Below are positions 1 to 9,593 of a stretch of 64,000 bases of DNA, piece by piece. The notes below the pieces were generated by a model. That model was not told the DNA's origin, made no database searches, and worked only from the letters and a program-made list of their open reading frames with translations. Positions within the stretch are counted from its first letter, which is position 1; each line of letters starts with the position of its first letter. A program made the position numbers and the translations under genes. The DNA is from Candidatus Spechtbacteria bacterium (GTDB lineage: Bacteria > Patescibacteriota > Minisyncoccia > Spechtbacterales > JACPHP01), in contig JACPHP010000009.1 in NCBI GenBank assembly GCA_016188605.1, positions 24,786 to 88,785 of the forward strand. The letters are read 5' to 3'.

Positions 1-909
1 TTCAATGGCGACTCCTTTTTCCTCTAATGTGTCTAAAAATAAATTCATACCAATTGAGTCGGAGCTCATATGTCCAGCTACTATCACGTTGATATGCGCT
101 TGATCGGCGAACTCACGATGCTTTTCTGATTGATGCATCGCGATCACCGTACCCACGCCCGCCTGCGCCATTTTTTCGTAAATATCAGGCGCGCCCTCGG
201 TGCCTCCAGTTATTTCCGTAACCGCGATAATGCCAGCGCGATTTTCTCTATTGCCCGCAAAAAGTTGCGGACCAAAACCCATACGCGTTGCCTGCTTGTA
301 TTCGGGAACTTCCATCAGCATATCAAAAACCTCACCAACACGATAAGGCTTTTTTGTTTCAACAAGATTTTTCAAGAATTGAAACGCCATGTTGTCGGTC
401 ACGGTGTGCGTGCACATAAATGGCATGTCTGCCAAGCGCGCAATTTCCACCACGCGGTAATGATTGCCGGGAGAAAGATTGCGTGTAACTTCTAAAATAC
501 GCTTGTTGAGCATCGCCTCGGCAACATTGATTGGCACGCCATAATCGTTCAGCACGTCTGCCTGCATGTGCATCACGTCGTCAAGCCCGGCAAGCGCGAT
601 GCCCTCTGGGTGATGGGCAATACACGCCTCTACGTTTCCTAGCTGCTTTGCAATAATAAGCTCGCCGTCATCAATATCAATGCCGACCATCACTTTTTTT
701 ATTTCGCGATCACTCCCGCCGTACAATATGCGCGTATCAGAATAAGGGTTTTCCAAGCGCTCCATGTCGTAATACGCTTTATCTTTTTCTTTCATCGCCT
801 CATATGCCTTGCGATTTTCTTCCAAAACACGACGAGCTCCCTGCTCTCCTCGCGGGTCAGCTTTCATTCCTAGATCCACTGCTTGCTTGTATATATCTTG
901 TAGTTTCAT
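1..909 (-). CDS. Nif3-family (DUF34, YqfO/YbgI-like) metal-binding protein, partial; its C-terminus runs off the window start
   Basis: Minus-strand ORF with ATG at 909..907, open to position 1. It is absent from the ORF track because no stop lies inside the window. The translation MKLQDIYKQAVDLG...CIAHHPEG...AGHMSSDSIGMNLFLDTLEEKGVAIE has the two His-containing motifs I associate with Nif3. This is a motif-recall call only. Confidence 0.35.
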   Translation of the reverse strand, partial: MKLQDIYKQAVDLGMKADPRGEQGARRVLEENRKAYEAMKEKDKAYYDMERLENPYSDTRILYGGSDREIKKVMVGIDIDDGELIIAKQLGNVEACIAHHPEGIALAGLDDVMHMQADVLNDYGVPINVAEAMLNKRILEVTRNLSPGNHYRVVEIARLADMPFMCTHTVTDNMAFQFLKNLVETKKPYRVGEVFDMLMEVPEYKQATRMGFGPQLFAGNRENRAGIIAVTEITGGTEGAPDIYEKMAQAGVGTVIAMHQSEKHREFADQAHINVIVAGHMSSDSIGMNLFLDTLEEKGVAIE

Positions 910-942
910 AAGTGAAGATTGGTTTTATTGAATAATTAGTAT

Positions 943-1010
943 TTGTCATCTCGAATCCCGCCGTAGCGGGTGAGAGATCTCTCGTCGTTGCGACGACTTC
1001 GAGATGACAA
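943..1010. repeat. Copy 1 of a three-copy intergenic hairpin element: a variable GC mini-hairpin plus the conserved 39-nt core gagagatctctcgtcgttgcgacgacttcgagatgacaa
   Basis: The core at 972-1010 recurs almost identically at 10502-10540 and 14113-14151. The core folds as a bulged stem-loop (ATCTC/GAGAT and GTCGT/ACGAC). It is preceded by cccgc-cgta-gcggg (957-970). The flank ttgtcatctcgaa (943-955) is the reverse complement of the core's 3' end. Confidence 0.6.
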
Positions 1011-1052
1011 CACAAATAAAGTATTAAATTACTCAACAATAACCATTGCTAA

Positions 1053-1601
1053 TTATAATTGCACCACTAATTCCGCTCGTATCGGAAAATCGTGTTTAAC
1101 ATGACCGCTCTTGAACGGCGCCGAAAAACGATCGGCCACATTAGATGCCGCGGCAGATTCTGGCTTGATAAACACATCAAACCCAAGTCCGCGCGCCATG
1201 CCCACCACTTCTTTAATCATACTTTTAGTTGGCCCGCCCTCGCCAACGTCAATATGAATTTCAATGTTGTGGCGTAAAATCGCATCACCGCACTCAAGCT
1301 CCGCCGCGCGCTTCTTTAATAGCATACCCATCTCACAAGCGAGCCACGCTTCGGTGTGAATTTTCTGCTGCATAGTATTAATATTTTCTCTGCGCACGCG
1401 GGTAATAAAAAAACGCCCGCCTTGACCCACGCGATGAATGGTTATTGCGACTGGAAAATCTATCACGTTATAACCTTCTCCATCAGATCCAACCGCAATC
1501 CGATATTGGCGCTCCGGCGCGTCATTGATGTATGAGCTTAACTCAAAAATTACTTCATCAATACTGGTTAAAACGCCTTTTGTTTGATTAAAAAACCGCA
1601 T
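1053..1601 (-). CDS. YkuK-family protein (DUF458, RNase H-like fold)
   Basis: The ORF-track frame 1053..1676 begins at a GTG. The ATG at 1601 (MRFFNQTKG...) is the more plausible start. Motifs YRIAVGSDGEG, ITIHRVGQGG and ESAAASNVADRFS match my recall of B. subtilis YkuK (IGTDSQ / IHRKGKG / AASGYADKY). Confidence 0.5.
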   Translation of the reverse strand: MRFFNQTKGVLTSIDEVIFELSSYINDAPERQYRIAVGSDGEGYNVIDFPVAITIHRVGQGGRFFITRVRRENINTMQQKIHTEAWLACEMGMLLKKRAAELECGDAILRHNIEIHIDVGEGGPTKSMIKEVVGMARGLGFDVFIKPESAAASNVADRFSAPFKSGHVKHDFPIRAELVVQL

Positions 1602-1691
1602 AATGAATACTTCCACCCTACCACGAGATGCTGTCTTTTTCCAGCCCGCCGCCAAAGCAAAACAAAATCCCGACACGATACCGTATCGGGA

Positions 1692-2672
1692 TTATATATT
1701 TCTTCTCCATAAAAGAACAAAAAACGAAATGCCTAGGGGAATGAAGAATATCCATCCCAAGTCTTGTTTTTGAGGTGCGGTAACGAACGCCTGGCCTGTA
1801 TCTTTCAGCTCGCTGCGCAAAATATTGACTAGCTCGTCGTCCTGATACTGTTCAAGGTAAATTCCGTTTGTCTGCGCGGCAAGGTTGCGAAGCCACTCGC
1901 TCTGTAAAAAAGAAAAATATTCCTTACCGTTTGATGTGGCATAAGAACCAGTAAAGATACCATCCTCGTCAACCAAGGGAATTGGCGCGCCGTTTTTAGA
2001 ACCAACACCCATAACAACAAGTTTTAAATGTTGAGCTTGAAATTCGTCTATCATTTGATCTATTGCGCCAGATGAATATCCAGAACCTCCGTCTGTCAGA
2101 AGAATTATATGGGACACGTCCTTGTACATCTCTGATGAGAAAATTCTTTTGGCTGCAACCCTGAGAGCATTTATAATATCAGATCCGCGTTCCGGAATCC
2201 TGTCTACCACCATTTCATGGGTTATAACTTCCCACAGTATATCCCTATCACACGTAACAGAACTAACAGGAAAAGTTAATTTGGAAAAAAGAAACACTCC
2301 GAAGCATGCCTCTGGAACACCATCAATTATTTTTTGCATGACACTTTTTGCTCTATCAAGCTGCGAGGGAGAACTTGGCCCTTCTCGAGCAGCCATACTC
2401 GTGGAAGTATCTACGACAAACACATATTGTCCGCTAATCCCTTTTTGCGCCGCGACACCGATAAAGTATGGCTGTGCCATAATTATTATCAGCGAAACCA
2501 GGGCAACACAACTCAAAATAAACTTTAATAAAGCGTCTCTCTCCACCCTTTCGTGGTCTTCGTGCAAAGCCTTGCGCACATCTCGTTGTTTTCGCGCCTC
2601 TCGCGCGATAAATACAGCAATAAGCGGCAATACCATCAAACCGATAACTGCATAGGGAAACTCTACTTCCAT
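1692..2672 (-). CDS. vWA-domain protein, BatB-like (Bat/MoxR aerotolerance-type operon)
   Basis: N- and C-terminal transmembrane segments. MIDAS-type motif VFVVDTSTSM (DxSxS). Last gene of a co-directional, overlapping gene series with moxR, DUF58 and a second vWA gene. Confidence 0.7.
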   Translation of the reverse strand: MEVEFPYAVIGLMVLPLIAVFIAREARKQRDVRKALHEDHERVERDALLKFILSCVALVSLIIIMAQPYFIGVAAQKGISGQYVFVVDTSTSMAAREGPSSPSQLDRAKSVMQKIIDGVPEACFGVFLFSKLTFPVSSVTCDRDILWEVITHEMVVDRIPERGSDIINALRVAAKRIFSSEMYKDVSHIILLTDGGSGYSSGAIDQMIDEFQAQHLKLVVMGVGSKNGAPIPLVDEDGIFTGSYATSNGKEYFSFLQSEWLRNLAAQTNGIYLEQYQDDELVNILRSELKDTGQAFVTAPQKQDLGWIFFIPLGISFFVLLWRRNI

Positions 2673-3182
2673 TTAATAATCCTTGGGAGATTCGCCGCGT
2701 CCATAACCATCTCCTTTATCATTTCCTTGGCTCGACTGATCCGATTGTTGTTGAGCGGGCGACGACAAGTCCTTCTTATCGGTTTCGTTCTGATGCCTTA
2801 GAGAAAGTAAAATTTCTAGATTCAGTTTGGCGTCTTCGTCCCGCGAATCCAGACGCACTGCTTGCTTCAAGGCTTCTTCTGCCGCCCGCGACGGGCCATA
2901 GTCTTTGTTTTGAGCGAGTCCCGTGCCAAAATTATACGCGCTTGCCTCGCGTACCTTTTTATCTTTCGCGTCTGACGCGAGTCTAGAAAAAATCTTCAAC
3001 CCGTCTACTTGTTCTTGTTCGTTTTTCATTGCCCTACTCGCATTGTTGTATAATTCCATGTCATAAGAGAATGGATATGGCCAAAACCACACAACGACAG
3101 CTAGCGCGCATCCTGCGACAAAAATCTTTTTCCCCAACCCAAGCGGCCATATAAAGCGTCTTAGCTTGCGCAAAATTTTCAT
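2673..3182 (-). CDS. TPR-like membrane-anchored protein, BatC-like
   Basis: N-terminal hydrophobic segment, a helical repeat-like region and an acidic low-complexity tail. It sits between two vWA genes and shares 1 bp with the upstream gene (3182), consistent with translational coupling. Confidence 0.4.
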   Translation of the reverse strand: MKILRKLRRFIWPLGLGKKIFVAGCALAVVVWFWPYPFSYDMELYNNASRAMKNEQEQVDGLKIFSRLASDAKDKKVREASAYNFGTGLAQNKDYGPSRAAEEALKQAVRLDSRDEDAKLNLEILLSLRHQNETDKKDLSSPAQQQSDQSSQGNDKGDGYGRGESPKDY

Positions 3183-4210
3183 TACGCTCTCCTTTCGCTG
3201 TTATAACGATTGGCGACCATAAAGAAAATGTTTTCGGAAAGAAAAATCAAAAGCAACAGCGCGAAGAAAAAAGATGCCGCGGCATAGAATCTTAGGCTTG
3301 TATCATATGCGCGATTCGGTGTGTTGAGATCGCGTTGGTATTCCGTATTCTCAATAAGAGAAAAAGCTTCTTTAGTGTCTGCTGGTGATGTTGCGGAGAA
3401 AACGCGCACATCATCATCTTCAACGAATACTCGCTGAATATCTTTGGCAACCTCCTGATTTGTGGCAATGCCTAACACATAAATACGAACTCCTTTGGCG
3501 CGCAATCGCTTTATTGAATTAATTAACTCTTTGGGATTATCAAAAAGGTCTGTGATTAACAAAAATACTTTGTCGTTCGCGTATTCCGCTTCTTGAAGTA
3601 TTTTTTCTCCTGCCAAAAATGCTTTTGGCGTATTTGTGCCGCCGGAGAACGAATATAGCTGCGATAGATCATTCTTTGCGGAGATATCATCTTGGAAAAG
3701 CACATTTTCCAAAAACACCATATCGCGTGAAGGATATGTGACTATAAAGGAATCATTGCTAAAAAGAATCAGGCTAATGCGTTCGTTCTTTTGACTCCTT
3801 ACGATTTCTCTAAATGATTCGCGCGCTAATTGATAAGGTGTTAATCCTTCCTCTTTGTCATAACCCACTGATACGCTCATGCTGTATGAAACATCCAACA
3901 GCACGATAAAATGCTTGAATAATTCCTTGCGATTTGTTTGGGTAATGTCCTGGGTCGTAATAATCCTAGGATCGGCCAATGCAACAGTAAAAACAAATAT
4001 ACCAAAAACAAGGAGTATCGTTCGAAGGTTTTTCATAAAACCAGCTCTACTGCCGCGCGGCAACAAATCAATATCGCTTACGCTAAATGCATATTGTTTT
4101 TTTCGTCCCAGTGATTGATATACCAGCGCCGCAAGATACGGCACGGCTATCAAAAGCAACCAGGGGGAGGAAAAATAAAAAGTTCGCAAAATATCAAACA
4201 ATGCGCTCAT
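3182..4210 (-). CDS. vWA-domain membrane protein, BatA-like
   Basis: Two N-terminal transmembrane segments, MIDAS motif VLLDVSYSMS, and a C-terminal transmembrane segment. Overlaps the upstream ORF by 4 bp. Confidence 0.7.
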   Translation of the reverse strand: MSALFDILRTFYFSSPWLLLIAVPYLAALVYQSLGRKKQYAFSVSDIDLLPRGSRAGFMKNLRTILLVFGIFVFTVALADPRIITTQDITQTNRKELFKHFIVLLDVSYSMSVSVGYDKEEGLTPYQLARESFREIVRSQKNERISLILFSNDSFIVTYPSRDMVFLENVLFQDDISAKNDLSQLYSFSGGTNTPKAFLAGEKILQEAEYANDKVFLLITDLFDNPKELINSIKRLRAKGVRIYVLGIATNQEVAKDIQRVFVEDDDVRVFSATSPADTKEAFSLIENTEYQRDLNTPNRAYDTSLRFYAAASFFFALLLLIFLSENIFFMVANRYNSERRA

Positions 4211-5169
4211 TGTTTTTCCCCCCTTCTTTCAAAGTATCGCCGCAAAATTATCCCTAGTAGTTGATAAGCAAGCACCGCATCGCTCTCTTTGGGATCGTAT
4301 CTGGCGTACGCTATCTCGATCAACGCCCACAAATTCCCCCATACCGCGCGTTGTTCTTTAGGGAAATACTTCCCCCAAATCTGGATCGATGTAAAGCCCT
4401 CGTCTTTTGCAAGACCGTGCGCAAATAACTCAATCTCAAACAGCGCTCTTCGCGAATCATGTAATGTTTTTCCAATTTCTTGATATCGCAGCCGCAAAAG
4501 ATCATTTTGTGACATAGACGATATTATGCGATTCCGATGCCTCAATTTTCTTTCTATGAAAACAATAATTGGCGCACTAACTAGTGAGATGGCAATAACT
4601 GCCGCGTAAATTCTTGTGAGCCATCGCCAATTAAAAATTTCTTTCTTGAGCGGGGCGAAATCAGCTTCTTCGGCGTTCACGCGACGTTCAATTTTTATAA
4701 TAGTCCGCGGCACACCAATTGTATTCCTTTGAGAAGTTGCTGGGTCTAGAAAGCTAATTTTCGACGGGCCAATCGCATAACTCTCTCCTGGAATTATTTC
4801 TACCGCCTGCAAAAGATATTTTCGCGAATAACTTACAATATCGCCCTTCATGCTTTTCTCTTGCGCGTAAGCAATAATATTATCAAACGGTTTAAGAGAA
4901 ATAGAATTATTTAACTCCTGCTTATCTAGTTCTACAAGCGAAGGCCGGTATGTCACTGTCGCCACAAACCAAAATTCATTACCTGCGTATATGGTTGTCG
5001 GATTAGTATCCGCGGTAAAAGAAAATTTTTCTCCGGCGTTTAGATTGCCTACACTAATATTGGCACTATCATATGGCACAAGTACACACGCCGCCAAAGC
5101 AATTAGGAGGGCCGCAAGAATGCGCGCGCTCCTACCTTTTACTGTGATTAGTCTGACAAATATTTCCAT
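4207..5169 (-). CDS. Hypothetical membrane protein in the Bat/MoxR operon (BatD/DUF4381-like position)
   Basis: N-terminal signal/TM segment (ILAALLIALAACVL) and a central TM segment (IYAAVIAISLVSAPIIVFI). No catalytic motif recognised. The assignment rests on operon context only. Confidence 0.3.
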   Translation of the reverse strand: MEIFVRLITVKGRSARILAALLIALAACVLVPYDSANISVGNLNAGEKFSFTADTNPTTIYAGNEFWFVATVTYRPSLVELDKQELNNSISLKPFDNIIAYAQEKSMKGDIVSYSRKYLLQAVEIIPGESYAIGPSKISFLDPATSQRNTIGVPRTIIKIERRVNAEEADFAPLKKEIFNWRWLTRIYAAVIAISLVSAPIIVFIERKLRHRNRIISSMSQNDLLRLRYQEIGKTLHDSRRALFEIELFAHGLAKDEGFTSIQIWGKYFPKEQRAVWGNLWALIEIAYARYDPKESDAVLAYQLLGIILRRYFERRGEKQ

Positions 5170-5186
5170 CTTGCGCCCTCCTTTCT

Positions 5187-6095
5187 TTAACCAGAGTGAA
5201 GTCTTTGCCTAGTTTTGCGACTAAGAAAAAAGTTAGAAAAAACCCCGAATAACCCCCCAAGACTATAGTCGTCAATGTGTATCGACTCAATGCCCGCATT
5301 GCGAAAAGCGGCTTGCAGCTCTGTAAATCTTTTTTCATTAGCCGTTTTGATTTCACGCTGATCTTCCGGGGTTAACCACAATTCCCGCTGACGTTCTGCT
5401 TCTTCGTCGTATAAGACAAAACTAATGGGAAAGTCAAAGACGGGAAAAGTGTATTCCAGATCGTCTTGCACGATGACTGGAATAATATCGTAGCGATGAG
5501 CCAGTTGCTTAAGAACCTTTTCTCTTTCGTCACCCGAAACATACAAACCGAGAAAATCAGAAATAACAAACACGATACTGTGTGGCTCAATTGTTCTGTG
5601 CAGATGTTGATATAGCGCTAGAAGAAAATCTTGTTTGCTCGATTTCTTATCTTGCCCGCTCCCCAGCCTCCGATAAAGAGAAAGGAATTGTTGTTCTCCG
5701 CGTCGAGGATTAAGATGATTTTTCCAATCGCCTAGAAAGGCAAGCTCAAACGAGCTTTCGTGTTTATAAGCAGAAAAAAGCAACGTGGCAGCAGCGTTAA
5801 TCTGAATAACTTTTTTACTTCTTAATCTCATAGACGCCGTTGCATCGCCATAGATTACAACAGTCAAATCGCGCAGCGTTACGCGATCAACGATCGTCTG
5901 AACGCCGCGTTTTGCGCTAATGCGCGGGTTTACGCGCCTGATATTATCCCCGATACGATAATCGCGAAGAGAATCGATATCAAACCCCTCGCCGTGATAC
6001 ACGCTATCCCACTCGCCGGGCAAAATGCTTACCACTGGATGCAACGGGACCAGTGGAACGCGATATCTTTCCAAGGCTACTAAGAATTTATCCAT
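5187..6095 (-). CDS. DUF58 family protein (MoxR partner)
   Basis: Motif RDYRIGDNIRRVNPRISAKRG is typical of DUF58. The gene lies immediately downstream of the MoxR ATPase. Confidence 0.65.
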   Translation of the reverse strand: MDKFLVALERYRVPLVPLHPVVSILPGEWDSVYHGEGFDIDSLRDYRIGDNIRRVNPRISAKRGVQTIVDRVTLRDLTVVIYGDATASMRLRSKKVIQINAAATLLFSAYKHESSFELAFLGDWKNHLNPRRGEQQFLSLYRRLGSGQDKKSSKQDFLLALYQHLHRTIEPHSIVFVISDFLGLYVSGDEREKVLKQLAHRYDIIPVIVQDDLEYTFPVFDFPISFVLYDEEAERQRELWLTPEDQREIKTANEKRFTELQAAFRNAGIESIHIDDYSLGGLFGVFSNFFLSRKTRQRLHSG

Positions 6096-7079
6096 CTATT
6101 TTTCCCCTCTAATCACTTCATCGCAAACCTTTTGCACAAAATTTTGGATTGCTTTTTCGTCCTCCTCCACGCCTAGTTCAAATACTAAACGGTGACGAAG
6201 AATACGCAGAGCAACACCTTGAAGATCTGCTGGCGATACATAATTACGTGAATTAAGCGCGGCATGAACCCGCGCCGCCTCAACTAGCGCAATCGGTACA
6301 CGAGGAGAAGCGCCACCAAAATGGGCAATAATACCCTCTCCGCATTGATCTTGCTCCGGACGCGTTGCCTGTGCAATTCGCGCGGCAAGTTCATAGATAC
6401 GCCGTTCAGCATGAAGGGAACGAATAGTATCGCAAATTTCCAATACGGTTTGCGCGTCCATTACTTGGGAAATAGCGATGTCTTCTTGTTTTTGCGTAGA
6501 ATAGCGCCTAGCAATTTCTATCTCATCCTCAAGTGAAGGATATTGCACAAGAACTTTCATTAAAAATCTATCAAGCTCCGCTCTGCCCAGAGGATATGTG
6601 CCTTCTGCTTCAAGAGGATTTTGTGTAGCCATAACCATAAATGGTTGCGGCAATGCGAGTGTTTCTCCTCCCACCGTAACTTGCTGCTCCTGCATCGGCT
6701 CCAAAATCCTGCTCTTTGATTTTGTACTAGCGCGGTTAAGTTCATCACACAGAAAAAGATTGGTGAATACGGGCCCTCTTTCTACAAGTTTGGTACGTTG
6801 ATTTTCACTATCAAATACCTCCACGCCCACAATATCCCCGGGCAAAATGTCAGATGCAAACGAAACACGCCTGCAATCCAAAGACATTGCCCTTCCCAAG
6901 GTTTTTAGCAAAAGAGTCTTCCCAAGCCCCGGTGCGCCTTCAAGCAACACATGCCCGTTGCAAAACAAACATATAAGCACTGATTCTACCACATCATCCA
7001 TGCCAACAATAACCTTGCGAATCTCTTTCTGAAGCATGGATATTTCCCGCACCGCCTCACTAATTGTCATGACGCTCAT
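6096..7079 (-). CDS. moxR: MoxR-family AAA+ ATPase
   Basis: Walker A GAPGLGKT and Walker B region FLCDELNRAST. Length about 327 aa. First gene of the Bat-like operon. Confidence 0.8.
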   Translation of the reverse strand: MSVMTISEAVREISMLQKEIRKVIVGMDDVVESVLICLFCNGHVLLEGAPGLGKTLLLKTLGRAMSLDCRRVSFASDILPGDIVGVEVFDSENQRTKLVERGPVFTNLFLCDELNRASTKSKSRILEPMQEQQVTVGGETLALPQPFMVMATQNPLEAEGTYPLGRAELDRFLMKVLVQYPSLEDEIEIARRYSTQKQEDIAISQVMDAQTVLEICDTIRSLHAERRIYELAARIAQATRPEQDQCGEGIIAHFGGASPRVPIALVEAARVHAALNSRNYVSPADLQGVALRILRHRLVFELGVEEDEKAIQNFVQKVCDEVIRGEK

Positions 7080-7135
7080 TTTGTTCCTCGCTTTCTTTAT
7101 ATATTGTCAAAGTACGCTCGCCCCTCTCTTTTTAC

Positions 7136-7195
7136 AGAAAAAGGACAATTCCTCTGCACGAATTAATATCGCATGCAGAAAAATTGTCCTTTTAG
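7136..7195. terminator. Imperfect 18-bp-stem hairpin (aaaaggacaatt...aattgtcctttt) with T-runs on both strands
   Basis: Inverted repeat around the loop acgaattaatatcgcat. It lies downstream of the minus-strand Mur ligase gene and upstream of moxR. Candidate bidirectional intrinsic terminator. Confidence 0.35.
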
Positions 7196-7307
7196 GGATA
7201 GAGTCGGCGTTGCCTGCCATAATGGAAGCAGCTTGCCCTTTCCTTTCCGAAGGAATCGCGCATCATATTGTTACTTGAATGGTTTATCGTTTTTCGTACC
7301 ACAAAAC

Positions 7308-8690
7308 CTAGCTGGGGTCAACTGTTTTCAGCTTTCTGTATTCTTCTCTGACAACCGTGCGATCGTCCCAAGGAATCCTTCCATCTTTCACCATCATCCA
7401 CGGCTCGCATCCCTTGCCGGTGACAATGACCACATCGTCTTGCTTGGCTATGTTTAGGGCATGTCTTATTGCTTCCCGACGGTCTAAAATTTCATTCGGT
7501 TTCGAAATTCGAAATGCAAAATTCGAAATTCCAAATTTTATTTCCGATAAAATCTGGCTGGGGTTTTCGTTGTAGGGATCCTCATCTGTCAAAATAATTT
7601 CGTCGCAATGTTGCGCCGCAATTTTGCCCATCTCCGGCCGCTTCCATTTATCTCGCCCTCCGCCGGCGGAACCTAGCACGCAAATTAATCTGCTGCTAAC
7701 TGCTGACAGTCGACCGTCTACCGCTGACCGCTGACCGCCCTCGTAAGCAGTTGTCTGTTGTCTGTTGTCGATTGTCTGTTGTCGGTAGACTTCGAGCGTT
7801 TTATAAACATTTTCCAACGCGTCTGGCGTATGCGCGTAATCTACAAATACTGTAAACGGATCCTTAATTACTATTTCCATACGTCCTGGCTCGCCTTGCA
7901 CTTCCGCAAGCGCCTCTTTTATTGTTTCTAATTTCACGCCCTGTGCTTTTGCCGCGCATATTGCCGCCATCGCGTTTTGTACATTAAACTCGCCGAAAAG
8001 ATTAAGACCAATTCTAGTACCCAGTACATCGAATGAAGTTCCGTTTTTTCCAAGTATTGTATTTTCAGCTTCTATAGTTTTGAATTGCGAATCATGAATT
8101 GTGAGTTGTGAATCTTTATGACTTAATTTATAAACCAACTTTCTCTCCGCGTTAAACTTCAAAAAGTAATCCGCGCTGGGATCATCGCCGTTCACCACCA
8201 TTGTTTTTACGCTCTTGAATAGTTCGCTTTTTGCCTTGCGATAGTTTTCAAATCCGCCGTGACTCTCAATGTGCTCGGGCGTAACATTGGTAAGCACCGC
8301 TGTATCAAAATTAATAAACTTATGACGATGCTGCGCGATCCCCTCTGACGTCACTTCCACCACAGCGTACTTGCAGCCGGCATCCACTGCCTCGCGCAAA
8401 AACCTCTGCGTCATCATTCGCCCGGGCATAGTCATTTTTAAAGTATTCAAAGATTCTTTTCCCGCGACGCGAAATCTAATAGAAGAAGCGGATGCCACAA
8501 GTTGATTGTCTTTTTCCAAAATACGCGCGATTAAATCAACGGTTGTTGACTTGCCATTAGTGCCAGTAACCCCAATTAGCACCATCTTTCGCCCAGGAAA
8601 ACCGTAATAAGCCGCGGCAAAAAAAGCCGTAGCCCAGTAATACCAGTCCAGCAAAAACCGCGGGATGAGTTTTTTTAGTATACTTTTCAT
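7308..8690 (-). CDS. Mur ligase family protein, MurE-like, with a short N-terminus and in-frame low-complexity insertions
   Basis: P-loop LIGVTGTNGKSTT. DYAHTPDAL is the MurE-type motif; TDEDPYNENP resembles MurE DNPR. Only about 35 aa precede the P-loop. Degenerate heptamer arrays at 7691-7740, 7751-7785 and 8060-8100 encode QQTIDNRQQTT..., SAVDGRLSAVSSRL and HDSQLTIHDSQFKT. Confidence 0.55.
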   Translation of the reverse strand: MKSILKKLIPRFLLDWYYWATAFFAAAYYGFPGRKMVLIGVTGTNGKSTTVDLIARILEKDNQLVASASSIRFRVAGKESLNTLKMTMPGRMMTQRFLREAVDAGCKYAVVEVTSEGIAQHRHKFINFDTAVLTNVTPEHIESHGGFENYRKAKSELFKSVKTMVVNGDDPSADYFLKFNAERKLVYKLSHKDSQLTIHDSQFKTIEAENTILGKNGTSFDVLGTRIGLNLFGEFNVQNAMAAICAAKAQGVKLETIKEALAEVQGEPGRMEIVIKDPFTVFVDYAHTPDALENVYKTLEVYRQQTIDNRQQTTAYEGGQRSAVDGRLSAVSSRLICVLGSAGGGRDKWKRPEMGKIAAQHCDEIILTDEDPYNENPSQILSEIKFGISNFAFRISKPNEILDRREAIRHALNIAKQDDVVIVTGKGCEPWMMVKDGRIPWDDRTVVREEYRKLKTVDPS

Positions 8691-8702
8691 TATCTCTACA
8701 TT

Positions 8703-9593
8703 CTATATCTTACCTTTCAATGTGTAAAAAAAGTAAGATATTTTGTTTAAAACAAAGTCGTATGAACCAATATAGTTCACTTCCCGCCCGCCGAACCCTC
8801 GCTTGAATCTTGTCACGCCTGGCCATTTTTTCTCATCAATACCCCAAAAATCATAGGTCTCATAATTTTGCTTTTTTGCCTCTTTTATGATTTCCCAGTG
8901 CAATTGATATGGCGCCATTAAGTTTCTATGTCCGTAATCGGACGCGCCGTGAAGATAGTAGGCTTGATTTTCAAAAAATAATACTATTGCTCCAGCTAAT
9001 ATCTTGCCATTCTGTTCCGCTAAAAATATTTTGCACGCCGCTCTGCTTTCTACCCCATCCCCCATACCAAAAAATGAAAGTAAAACACGGTAGTATTCTT
9101 TTTCATGTGTAAAAAATTTATCTCGCTCCGCGGTTTTTTGAAGAAGATTCCAAAAAATTTCGTAGTCCTCTTCTATATTTTCCAACTGCCTTATTTGCAC
9201 GCCATTTTTTTGCGCTACACGGATGTTGTAGCGAGTTTTAGGATGCATGCCGACCAGCAATTCTTCTTCGGTCTTTTTTAGATCCATTACAATCGTTGAC
9301 TGTGGTTGAATAAACTTGGCTGATTTCTTAAATCCAACTTTCTCCAGTACATCAACTTGCCTGGCATCTTCCATCATCGGCTCAAATTTAAAAAACATCG
9401 CCTTTATTTCTTGGGCGATTTCTTTTACTTCACTTAGTATCTGTGGGTTGTAGCTTGCGCCAGCCGCGTACAACGACTTTTGCCCAAACGGCATTACTCT
9501 TTCCAATACCAGCATGCCATCACTTGTCCGCCAAGTTTTTCGTTGAAGCGCCTTTTGAAATTGCTCCCACTCTTTTGATTGTAAGAAGTGCAT
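8703..9593 (-). CDS. FemAB-family peptidoglycan interpeptide-bridge aminoacyltransferase
   Basis: Motifs MHPKTRYNIR and YYLHGASDYGHRNLMAPY, length about 296 aa, next to the Mur ligase. Family recall only (PF02388-like). Confidence 0.55.
   Translation of the reverse strand: MHFLQSKEWEQFQKALQRKTWRTSDGMLVLERVMPFGQKSLYAAGASYNPQILSEVKEIAQEIKAMFFKFEPMMEDARQVDVLEKVGFKKSAKFIQPQSTIVMDLKKTEEELLVGMHPKTRYNIRVAQKNGVQIRQLENIEEDYEIFWNLLQKTAERDKFFTHEKEYYRVLLSFFGMGDGVESRAACKIFLAEQNGKILAGAIVLFFENQAYYLHGASDYGHRNLMAPYQLHWEIIKEAKKQNYETYDFWGIDEKKWPGVTRFKRGFGGREVNYIGSYDFVLNKISYFFYTLKGKI

Noticed and set aside
130-495. 121-aa plus-strand ORF from the track
   Set aside because: It lies entirely inside, and antisense to, the much longer minus-strand Nif3-like reading frame that runs off the window. 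R/H-rich composition typical of a shadow ORF.
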